From an uncultured virus (IMG/VR IMGVR_UViG_3300042465_005830) (taxonomy: Duplodnaviria; Heunggongvirae; Uroviricota; Caudoviricetes): a stretch of 20,000 nucleotides of DNA. The stretch lies in IMG/VR virus record IMGVR_UViG_3300042465_005830, positions 56,414 to 76,413 of that record; one strand, written 5' to 3'. A program made the translations under genes and the position numbers. The notes below the pieces were generated by a model. The model was not told the origin of the DNA. It searched no databases and was given only the letters and a program-made list of their open reading frames with translations. Every line of letters starts with the position of its first letter. The stretch's first letter is position 1. Shown piece after piece: positions 8,542 to 15,831 of the stretch.

Positions 8542-8865
8542 ATGGCAACATATTTTAAGAAGCCCTCCATAGAGAGAGCAGAACAATCGGTTATAATGGA
8601 TAGAGTTCTAGAACAAAAAAAGAAAGAACTTTCACCTGAGGATTTCAAAACCTATACAAACTTTACAACTCAGCAAGAACTACTTGAAGAAGCAGCTAGA
8701 AGAAATCTATTAGCAATTCCAGATCCAAAATTACATCAAACAATTTCATTTATTAAATCCGGTATAAGAATACTCGGATACTTCCTACTACCTTTTAATC
8801 TTCTAATAGGAGCCGGAGTATTAATTTTAAGTGAAATAGTTGGTATTTACGAAGAATTAGTTTAA
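8542..8865 (+). CDS. hypothetical protein with C-terminal hydrophobic hairpin
   Basis: 107 aa; C-terminal ISFIKSGIRILGYFLLPFNLLIGAGVLILSEIVGIYEELV; first gene behind aptamer copy 1. Confidence 0.75.
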   Translation: MATYFKKPSIERAEQSVIMDRVLEQKKKELSPEDFKTYTNFTTQQELLEEAARRNLLAIPDPKLHQTISFIKSGIRILGYFLLPFNLLIGAGVLILSEIVGIYEELV

Positions 8866-8874
8866 ATTAGAGTT

Positions 8875-9024
8875 ATGAGACAGGTAAACGATCACGTAAA
8901 AGAAGCTTTAGGAATAAAGCCTAAAAAGAGATTTAAGAAAGACTACACAAAAGCATTTGTATGGATCCTACTAGGAGCTATAACAGTTGCTATATGGACA
9001 ACAATTTACAATTTAATATTTTAA
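8875..9024 (+). CDS. small single-TM protein (49 aa, not in ORF track)
   Basis: MRQVNDHVKEALGIKPKKRFKKDYTKAFVWILLGAITVAIWTTIYNLIF*; fills the gap before queD. Confidence 0.65.
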   Translation: MRQVNDHVKEALGIKPKKRFKKDYTKAFVWILLGAITVAIWTTIYNLIF

Positions 9025-9027
9025 CAA

Positions 9028-9489
9028 ATGAAATTTCAATCAACAAAAGTCTTTGATGGATACTCAACAGTATTTCGTCAATGGAGAGCAGAAGGTACTC
9101 ATTGCAGGTTCCTACACGGTTATGGTATTTCTTTCAAAATTACTTTTGAAGGAGATCTAGACGAAAGAAACTGGGTATGGGACTTTGGAGGAATGAAGAG
9201 AGCTAAAAACACTATTGATGGTATGCCTCCTAAAGCATGGATGGACCATATGTTCGACCATACTTACATCATTGCAAAAGATGATCCATTCTTACCAAAA
9301 GCATTAGAGATGCACAACGAAGAAATAATCCAACTAAGAATAATTCCAGCTACAGGAGCAGAACAATTCGCTAAATTTATCTATGATAAAGTATCTGAAT
9401 TTATACAAATAGAAACAGAAGGTAGAGTAAGAGTAGTGAGTGTAGAATTTAAAGAACATAACAAAAACTCAGCGATATATGGAGAGTAA
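9028..9489 (+). CDS. queD: 6-carboxy-5,6,7,8-tetrahydropterin synthase (PTPS/QueD family)
   Basis: HCRFLHGY, WDFGGMK, FDHT and TGAEQFA (T-fold PTPS motifs); adjacent to queE. Confidence 0.88.
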   Translation: MKFQSTKVFDGYSTVFRQWRAEGTHCRFLHGYGISFKITFEGDLDERNWVWDFGGMKRAKNTIDGMPPKAWMDHMFDHTYIIAKDDPFLPKALEMHNEEIIQLRIIPATGAEQFAKFIYDKVSEFIQIETEGRVRVVSVEFKEHNKNSAIYGE

Positions 9490-9688
9490 AATTAAACTAT
9501 CAGAAGAAGAAGCAGAACAATTATTCGGAGAAATTGATAATCAAGGATTTGGATATTGGGTTGAGCATTATGGATATAAAGGAGAAGAAGATCCGGAATT
9601 AGTTCAACTATGTAAAGAAGCTAGAGCAGCTATGGAAAAGTTAAGAGAGCATATCGATGCTATTTGGGAACATTACGATATCGGATAG
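9479..9688 (+). CDS. hypothetical acidic protein
   Basis: 69-aa ORF overlapping the end of queD. Confidence 0.65.
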   Translation: MESKIKLSEEEAEQLFGEIDNQGFGYWVEHYGYKGEEDPELVQLCKEARAAMEKLREHIDAIWEHYDIG

Positions 9689-9689
9689 T

Positions 9690-9821
9690 ATGGTAGCAAA
9701 ACCTAATTTAACAATGGAAGAGTTCCACAAATACTTACAGGATGTAATAGACTCTAAATTAAATCTAAGACAGAAAGTAGTAGCGGTAGAAATGTATATA
9801 AAACAAATAACAGGTAGATGA
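9690..9821 (+). CDS. hypothetical protein (43 aa, not in ORF track)
   Basis: MVAKPNLTMEEFHKYLQDVIDSKLNLRQKVVAVEMYIKQITGR*; ATGA overlap with queE. Confidence 0.6.
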   Translation: MVAKPNLTMEEFHKYLQDVIDSKLNLRQKVVAVEMYIKQITGR

Positions 9822-10591
9822 AAAGAATAGAAGATTATAACAAAACACTTCCAATTGTAGAGCTTTATACAGCTGTACAATCAGAAGGAAGTAGAGCAGG
9901 CTATCCAACAGTAGTAATCAGAACAACAGGCTGTACTCACAGATGTTGGTTTGGTGAAGGTGGATGGTGTGATTCTTGGTACACAAGTATTCATCCTGAA
10001 AAAGGACATATTAGTTTCCAAGACATTATCAACATGTACGATAAGAATCCTCACATCACAGAGATGATGCTAACAGGAGGATCACCAACAATGCATCCAG
10101 CATTAGTAAATGAATTAACACATTTTGCACATGAAAGAAATATTTTCATTACAATTGAGACCGAAGGAAGTCATTTTCTTGAAACGGATTACCCAATTAA
10201 TCTATTATCAATCTCCCCTAAGTTCAGTAATTCTGTCCCTAAGGTTGGCGTACTCACACCTCAAGGAGACGTTACAGATGAAAGAATGATCAAACAGCAT
10301 AACAAGTTAAGATTAAACTACGATGCAATTTCTAAATCAATCTCGTATCATTCCGATTACCACTTAAAGCCAGTATGGGATGGAGAGGATCAAGAAGCGT
10401 TAGCAGAAATTATGGCTTGTATTAAAATGCTAGACATACCTCAAGACAAAGTATGGTTCATGCCAGCTGGAGATTCAAGAGAAGCTTTATTCAAATCATA
10501 TCCAAAAATGTTTGATTGGGTGAGAGATAATGGTTACAGATTGACTTGGAGACCTCACATCATTGCATTTGAGGACAAAAGAGAAGTGTAG
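9818..10591 (+). CDS. queE: 7-carboxy-7-deazaguanine synthase (radical SAM)
   Basis: ELYTAVQSEG..G.P.V.IRT.GC, CTHRC...WCDS, LTGGSP, IETEG, SISPK and final RPH motifs. Confidence 0.93.
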   Translation: MKRIEDYNKTLPIVELYTAVQSEGSRAGYPTVVIRTTGCTHRCWFGEGGWCDSWYTSIHPEKGHISFQDIINMYDKNPHITEMMLTGGSPTMHPALVNELTHFAHERNIFITIETEGSHFLETDYPINLLSISPKFSNSVPKVGVLTPQGDVTDERMIKQHNKLRLNYDAISKSISYHSDYHLKPVWDGEDQEALAEIMACIKMLDIPQDKVWFMPAGDSREALFKSYPKMFDWVRDNGYRLTWRPHIIAFEDKREV

Positions 10592-10592
10592 G

Positions 10593-10778
10593 ATGAGACC
10601 AGCAACTACAGTAGAAACATTGTACACTCTTCATACACTATGGAGAAAGGGTCAATTACAAACAGCACAGGTAAAGCACTTAATTAAGACTAGCTGCTTC
10701 CTAGAACTAACAAGTATAACAAACGGAGGCATCACAGCACAATCACCAGACGGAAAAATTAAATATTCAATTAAATAA
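10593..10778 (+). CDS. hypothetical protein
   Basis: Probable start ATG 10593 directly after the queE stop. Confidence 0.55.
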   Translation: MRPATTVETLYTLHTLWRKGQLQTAQVKHLIKTSCFLELTSITNGGITAQSPDGKIKYSIK

Positions 10779-10789
10779 AAAATAAAGTT

Positions 10790-11089
10790 ATGACATTAAA
10801 AGATCTAATCGATTTAGCAGGAGACAGAGAATTATCAAAAGCATATCCAAAAGCAGATGGCCTTTACATCTGGGACTATAAGTTACAGTTTAACGGTACT
10901 AAAAATTTTGAATTAGAGTTAGTACTAATACCAAGCGACTCAGGTAAGACAGGATTTAAAGATAAAGTATCTATCGAAGAATTAGTAAACTACGTACTGG
11001 AGTCAACAGATCCAGAAGTATCAGGAGATGAAATTATCTCACAACTACCAATAGTAGACGTGGAAGGAATTACAATTGCAAAGGTATAA
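10790..11089 (+). CDS. hypothetical protein
   Basis: 99-aa ORF with AAAGTT-ATG context. Confidence 0.7.
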   Translation: MTLKDLIDLAGDRELSKAYPKADGLYIWDYKLQFNGTKNFELELVLIPSDSGKTGFKDKVSIEELVNYVLESTDPEVSGDEIISQLPIVDVEGITIAKV

Positions 11090-11090
11090 T

Positions 11091-11675
11091 ATGAAGAAGT
11101 TTTTATTATTACTCTTACTTCCGTTAGTAGGGTTTGGACAGTTAAGAGATAGCGTTTATGTAAAGACAGACATCTACGAAGTGATGTATTCAGAGACACT
11201 AGAACAACCATTGTGGGTAAAGTACCAAGTACTATGTACAGGTGCTGGAGCATCTAGAAAAGGAATGGATTTTTATACAGATAAAACAATTCATACTTCA
11301 GATGCAAAAGATTATGTAAATAATGTTTACGACAAAGGACATTGTGCTCCAGCGGCAGACTTTAACTGCACTAGAGAAATGTTACTTAAAACATTTTCAT
11401 ACTTAAACTGTACCCTACAGAATGAAAGACTGAACAGAGTTCATTGGAGATTATTAGAAGACTATGAAAGACTTCTAGCCTTTTCAGAAGGACCAGTCAA
11501 TGTAGAAATAAAAATAGTATTTGACAAAGTACCTAAAAGAGTACCTGCAGGTGCAGCTATACCAACAGCTTTCTATAAAATTATCAAAACTAAAAATAAA
11601 ACACTTGCTTTCTATTTCTTAAATGAAGCACCAAAGAAAGCAACGTTTGTAGATTATCAAGTAAAACTTAACTAG
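11091..11675 (+). CDS. secreted DNA/RNA non-specific endonuclease (NucA/Serratia beta-beta-alpha-Me family)
   Basis: Signal peptide MKKFLLLLLLPLVGFG (start ATG 11091); PLWVKY, YDKGHCAPAADF, TFSYLNCTLQ...LN..W..LE and IPTAFYKII motifs. Confidence 0.9.
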   Translation: MKKFLLLLLLPLVGFGQLRDSVYVKTDIYEVMYSETLEQPLWVKYQVLCTGAGASRKGMDFYTDKTIHTSDAKDYVNNVYDKGHCAPAADFNCTREMLLKTFSYLNCTLQNERLNRVHWRLLEDYERLLAFSEGPVNVEIKIVFDKVPKRVPAGAAIPTAFYKIIKTKNKTLAFYFLNEAPKKATFVDYQVKLN

Positions 11676-11677
11676 TT

Positions 11678-12073
11678 ATGGCACTAAAAATAGGAAACAA
11701 AGTTTATTTAAGCTGGGATGATATTAATATCTTAGTAGAAGATTTATGTCAGACAATAGCTTCATCAGGAGCAGAAATTAAATCGATAACAGGTATTCAA
11801 AGAGGAGGGTTAATACCAGCAGTAATGATCTCCCACAAGCTCCATATACCTTTCGTTAGTAGAATAAATAAAGATACTCTTGTTGTAGATGACATTTGTG
11901 ATACAGGAGAGACGTTAAAAAAGACTATTGGAATGTATACTGCAACGCTTCATTACAAACCAACAGCAATATTTACCCCAGACTTCTATTCAAAAGAAGT
12001 AGGAACAGAGTGGATTGTTTACCCTTGGGAAAGAAATGATTCAGAAACTATTCAAGATTATTTGAAAAAATAG
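11678..12073 (+). CDS. type I phosphoribosyltransferase, Gpt (xanthine-guanine PRTase)-like
   Basis: YLSWDD, GIQRGGLIPA, PRPP loop VVDDICDTGET and WIVYPWE. Confidence 0.9.
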   Translation: MALKIGNKVYLSWDDINILVEDLCQTIASSGAEIKSITGIQRGGLIPAVMISHKLHIPFVSRINKDTLVVDDICDTGETLKKTIGMYTATLHYKPTAIFTPDFYSKEVGTEWIVYPWERNDSETIQDYLKK

Positions 12074-12104
12074 TTGCAGGATAGAATAAAAAATGTTATA
12101 TTAA
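12074..12104 (+). promoter_or_regulatory. Bacteroidota-type promoter P6 (folE transcript)
   Basis: TTG(12074-12076)-N20-TATATTAA(12097-12104). Confidence 0.75.
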
Positions 12105-12111
12105 ATAAAAC

Positions 12112-12138
12112 GGAGTCGTAGAACCTCCATAAAAACAA
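12112..12138 (+). ncRNA. class I preQ1 riboswitch-like aptamer (copy 2)
   Basis: GGAG-UCGUAGAAC-CUCC-AUAAAAACAA, ending 6 nt before the folE ATG; closely parallels the T. tengcongensis aptamer as recalled (CUGGG-UCGCAGUAAC-CCCAG-UUAACAAAACAAG). Confidence 0.82.
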
Positions 12139-12144
12139 TCTTAT

Positions 12145-12855
12145 ATGTCAAATAAAAAATTTATCGACGGTACAGAATTAGTACAAGCCGGATTCGCTAA
12201 TGGAATCTCAACACAATTAGCAAAAAAACAATTAATAGATGGTCCAGAAGCAAGACTAACTGAAGAAGAAAAGCAAGCTATTATCGAGAATGCTGCAGTA
12301 GCTTTTGGGCAATTCCTTTCAGCTTTAGGGTGTGATTGGAGTAATGATCCAAATTCATCTGATACTCCTAAGAGAGTTGCAAAAGCATATGTAAATGATT
12401 TATGGGCAGGTCGATTTGAACCAATGACTAAGATCACAGCATTCCCTTCTGATGGGTATGACGGAATAGTATTCGAAGGAAACATTCCAATTACTTCAAT
12501 GTGCTCTCATCATCACCAAACAATCACAGGAAGAGTTCATATCGGATATGTTCCTTCAGCAGATGGAAAAGTAGTTGGACTTTCTAAATTGAATAGAATT
12601 GTAGAGCAATTTGCTCGTAGAGGAGCTATCCAAGAACAATTAACAGTTGCAATTCATAATGCAGTAGATAAGATCTGTGAAGGTAATCTAGGAGTAGCAG
12701 TTATGATTGAAGCAGGACATAATTGTGTAAGCTGTAGAGGTATTAAGCATCAAGGTGCTTCAATGAAGACAGCAAAATTAACAGGATGTTTCTTAGACGA
12801 AGCATCAGCAAGAGCAGAATTTTACGAATTTGTAAAAGGATATAGTTGTAAATAA
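12145..12855 (+). CDS. folE: GTP cyclohydrolase I
   Basis: TPKRVAK, SMCSHH, GLSKLNRIV, QEQLT and HNCVSCRG motifs. Confidence 0.95.
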   Translation: MSNKKFIDGTELVQAGFANGISTQLAKKQLIDGPEARLTEEEKQAIIENAAVAFGQFLSALGCDWSNDPNSSDTPKRVAKAYVNDLWAGRFEPMTKITAFPSDGYDGIVFEGNIPITSMCSHHHQTITGRVHIGYVPSADGKVVGLSKLNRIVEQFARRGAIQEQLTVAIHNAVDKICEGNLGVAVMIEAGHNCVSCRGIKHQGASMKTAKLTGCFLDEASARAEFYEFVKGYSCK

Positions 12856-12867
12856 AAACCAAACATT

Positions 12868-13065
12868 ATGAATTATTGGCAAGTAACTGTGCAATTGGAG
12901 CACGAAAATGACCGAGGTCGTATCCAAAGAGTAAAAGAACTTTATTTAGTAGATGCAATTTCAGCAACAGATGCTGAAGCAAAAATCTATAAAGAGTTTG
13001 AAGGAGAGTCTAACTTTACAGTAGTAGGAGTTAACCAATCTAAAATCCTAAAAGTAATTGAATAA
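12868..13065 (+). CDS. DUF4494-like protein
   Basis: KELYLVDAISATDAEAKI resembles the Bacteroidota DUF4494 N-terminal motif (E.YLVDA.SFTEAEARI). Confidence 0.65.
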   Translation: MNYWQVTVQLEHENDRGRIQRVKELYLVDAISATDAEAKIYKEFEGESNFTVVGVNQSKILKVIE

Positions 13066-13066
13066 T

Positions 13067-13095
13067 AAGTTGGCTCTTCGGAGCCAATTTCTTAT
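13067..13095 (+). terminator. intrinsic terminator with cUUCGg tetraloop, overlapping promoter P7
   Basis: TTGGCTC-TTCG-GAGCCAA perfect 7-bp stem followed by TTTCTTAT, immediately after the stop at 13065. Confidence 0.8.
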
Positions 13096-13100
13096 ATTAA
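13070..13100 (+). promoter_or_regulatory. Bacteroidota-type promoter P7
   Basis: TTG(13070-13072)-N20-TATATTAA(13093-13100). Confidence 0.72.
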
Positions 13101-13117
13101 TAAAAAAGTAAAAAGAT

Positions 13118-13630
13118 ATGATTACAGATCCAAAAGTACCTTTTATTGACGAAGTAGAAGAATTTAACGCCGTAATGGGCAAACCTAATAACTATGAACC
13201 AACTATCCCCGAAAGAAAAGAATGGGAGTTTGTATACAATTTCATCCTTGAGGAATTGGAAGAATATAGAGCAGCTTGCGAAGCAGGAGACATCGTTGAG
13301 GTTCTGGATGCTTTGTGCGATATTACTTATGTTGCCACTGGGAACGGTACTATGTTACATGGCCTTAAGGATAAGATATGGCCAGCATATCAAGAAGTTC
13401 AAGCTTCAAATCTATCAAAAGCTTGCCAAACAGAAGAAGACGCTAAAGCAACTGTCATTCAGAGATCGAGTGAGCAAGGTGAGGAGTGTCATTACGAAAA
13501 AGTTGGAGAGTATTACGTTGTTTATAGAACAAGAGATAGAAAAGTAATGAAGAATGTAAACTACTTCCGACCAGATCTTTCTCAGTTTTTTACTCAAGAG
13601 CAGTTAAGTAAATTTAATAGAAGTAAATAA
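13118..13630 (+). CDS. MazG-like all-alpha NTP pyrophosphohydrolase (PRA-PH/DR2231-like)
   Basis: ILEELEEY...EVLDALCDITYV..G, EVQASNLSK and KVMK...Y..PDL motifs. Confidence 0.88.
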   Translation: MITDPKVPFIDEVEEFNAVMGKPNNYEPTIPERKEWEFVYNFILEELEEYRAACEAGDIVEVLDALCDITYVATGNGTMLHGLKDKIWPAYQEVQASNLSKACQTEEDAKATVIQRSSEQGEECHYEKVGEYYVVYRTRDRKVMKNVNYFRPDLSQFFTQEQLSKFNRSK

Positions 13631-13833
13631 TGCAAGCAGCACTAGACCATTTAGAAAAGCATAAAGTGTTTATTGATACTTTAGGTATAGATATGATTCC
13701 TTTATCAGAGGCTTATAAAGCAGTTGAGAAATCTATTGATAGTCAGCTGGCAGAAGTTATGGAAACATTACAGACACAGCTAGGAGGGTTAGTAGAAGAT
13801 TTAGAAGATATAACACCAGAAAATAATGATTAA
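13630..13833 (+). CDS. hypothetical acidic protein
   Basis: 67-aa ORF coupled to both neighbours. Confidence 0.65.
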   Translation: MQAALDHLEKHKVFIDTLGIDMIPLSEAYKAVEKSIDSQLAEVMETLQTQLGGLVEDLEDITPENND

Positions 13834-14620
13834 GATAGCACACGAATCACCGAAGAGTATATTTAAAGAAGTACAAAAGCATACTGATTACGACTATGCA
13901 CTTGTTCACTTATTTGAAGAAGATCCAGAATACTTAAAACAGTTTCAAGAAGCTAAAGAAGCAGGTAGAGAAATTATTTTAGATAATTCTATATTTGAAT
14001 TAGAAGAAGCTTTTGATGCAGAGAAGTTTGCAGGATGGGTATTAGAATTAAAGCCAGATTGGTATATAGTTCCAGATGCTTTAGAAGATGCAAAGAAGAC
14101 TGTTAAGCAGATGACTGAATGGAATAACAAATATAAAAATCTTCCAGGAAAGAAAATAGGAGTTGTTCAAGGAAAGACTTATAGTCAAATTAAGACTTGT
14201 TATGAGTATATGGATAAGATTGCAAATGTAGATATGATTGCAATTTCATTCGACTATTCGTACTATACTAATACTATTTCTCATCCTAACAAGTATGTTA
14301 GCTGGATGTTAGGAAGGGTTAAGCTACTAGGAGATCTGTTGAGAGACGGTGTAATAAACGAAGAGAAGAAGCATCACTTATTAGGATGTGGATTACCTCA
14401 AGAGTTTTCTTTTTACTCAGATTATAAATGGATCTATTCTTTAGATACTTCTAATCCAGTTGTACATGGTATAAAAGGAATTGAGTATAGAGCAGACGGA
14501 TTATGGTCAAAAGAGTCTCAAAAGTTATTTGAACTAATCAATTACGTACCAGAAGATACGAATATGATTCTTCAGAACATTCACAAATTCAGATGGTTTG
14601 CAAATGGACGCAAAGTATAA
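13826..14620 (+). CDS. TGT-fold 7-deazaguanine enzyme, DpdA3-like
   Basis: IILDNSIFE (variant of the TGT/DpdA DSG motif), IVPD, IGVVQG, HHLLG and SLDTS match the order of TGT barrel motifs; located within a que cluster. Confidence 0.72.
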   Translation: MIKIAHESPKSIFKEVQKHTDYDYALVHLFEEDPEYLKQFQEAKEAGREIILDNSIFELEEAFDAEKFAGWVLELKPDWYIVPDALEDAKKTVKQMTEWNNKYKNLPGKKIGVVQGKTYSQIKTCYEYMDKIANVDMIAISFDYSYYTNTISHPNKYVSWMLGRVKLLGDLLRDGVINEEKKHHLLGCGLPQEFSFYSDYKWIYSLDTSNPVVHGIKGIEYRADGLWSKESQKLFELINYVPEDTNMILQNIHKFRWFANGRKV

Positions 14621-14783
14621 AGTAGGAGAGATGGTTATTATTAATCTCGATAATGAGATTATAGATGCTGAAGTATTTGGAATAGTAAATAACACTTCAG
14701 GAAAACCTTCGTACAGTTTAAGAGTAAAAGGTAATTTTATCTTTGTAGATGAAAGTAGAATAATAAGTATATCACATGAGTAG
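14604..14783 (+). CDS. small SH3/KOW-like hypothetical protein
   Basis: MDAKYKVGEMV...AEV...YSLRV...FVDE beta-rich pattern; ATG 14604. Confidence 0.55.
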   Translation: MDAKYKVGEMVIINLDNEIIDAEVFGIVNNTSGKPSYSLRVKGNFIFVDESRIISISHE

Positions 14784-15303
14784 GCCTTGGATAGCATTCT
14801 TTAGTCAAACAGGATCAGAGATCGTAGAAGTGTCAAAGCTTTTAGGAAGATGGCCTGATATGATAGTAACAAACGAAAGACCAGAACATCTTAGAAAGAT
14901 TCATCCGGCTTTAGAATCAAAGCATTTAGTCTTTGTAGAGAATAAACCTACAGAAGAAGAATTGTCAATGATACTTGGCCAATATGGAAATCCTTTAGTA
15001 ACTCTTCATGGATGGTTGAGAATTATGCCTCCATATATCTGTAATCGATTTGAAATCTATAACGGACATCCAGGACTTATAACTGAATATCCAGAACTAA
15101 AAGGAAAAGATCCTCAGCAAAAAGCTTTCGACCTAGGATTAGAATCCTCAGGATGTGTTATTCATAGAGTAACAGAAGGAGTTGATGAAGGAGAGATACT
15201 CCGTAGTAGAAAAGTTTCTATAAAAGGGTTGGAGATTGGAGAATTATTTCATATATTACATAGTATATCAGTAAGTCTTTGGGTAGACTTCTTAAAAAAT
15301 TAG
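14776..15303 (+). CDS. PurN-like formyltransferase (DpdN-like, predicted preQ1 N-formyltransferase)
   Basis: FFSQTGSE, LHGWLRIM, NGHPGL and SGCVIHRVTEGVDEG parallel PurN (SGxGSN, LAGFMRIL, NIHPSLL, GxTVHxVxxxxDxG). Confidence 0.85.
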   Translation: MSRPWIAFFSQTGSEIVEVSKLLGRWPDMIVTNERPEHLRKIHPALESKHLVFVENKPTEEELSMILGQYGNPLVTLHGWLRIMPPYICNRFEIYNGHPGLITEYPELKGKDPQQKAFDLGLESSGCVIHRVTEGVDEGEILRSRKVSIKGLEIGELFHILHSISVSLWVDFLKN

Positions 15304-15305
15304 TT

Positions 15306-15830
15306 ATGAAAAGAATAGCATTAGTAGGAGCATCATCAGTAGGAAAGACTACTGTATACGAATTATTAAAAGATAGACTTCCAGAGTTTAATTTTATAAA
15401 CGAATCAACAAGAACGGTTGGTAAATATGGATTTCCTATTAACGAAGATGGAACTTCTGAAACACAGCTTGCTATTTCTTCTTTTCATTTAGAGGCTTTA
15501 CTACAGCCAGGAGATGTAATACTTGACAGATGTTATTTAGACCTAGTAGTATATTCTACTTATATGGAAAACATTTCTGATAGTACATACAATTATATCT
15601 TAGATACTTGGATGAGAGTTAAGGATCAATATACACATTTTATTTATTTCCCTATTGAATTTGCTTCTGTAGATGATGGAGTAAGAAGTGTTAACGAAGG
15701 ATGGAGAGATGCAATCGATAAGCAATTTGAGAATAACTTAAAAGCAATTAAAGCATTAGGAGGAGATTACTTAACAGTATCAGGAAGTCCTAAACAAAGA
15801 GTTGAACAAATATTAAACTATATAAAATAA
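15306..15830 (+). CDS. P-loop nucleoside/nucleotide kinase-like protein (NadR/AAA_28-like)
   Basis: Start ATG 15306; Walker A GASSVGKT, DRCYLD and DDGVR motifs. Confidence 0.8.
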   Translation: MKRIALVGASSVGKTTVYELLKDRLPEFNFINESTRTVGKYGFPINEDGTSETQLAISSFHLEALLQPGDVILDRCYLDLVVYSTYMENISDSTYNYILDTWMRVKDQYTHFIYFPIEFASVDDGVRSVNEGWRDAIDKQFENNLKAIKALGGDYLTVSGSPKQRVEQILNYIK

Positions 15831-15831
15831 C

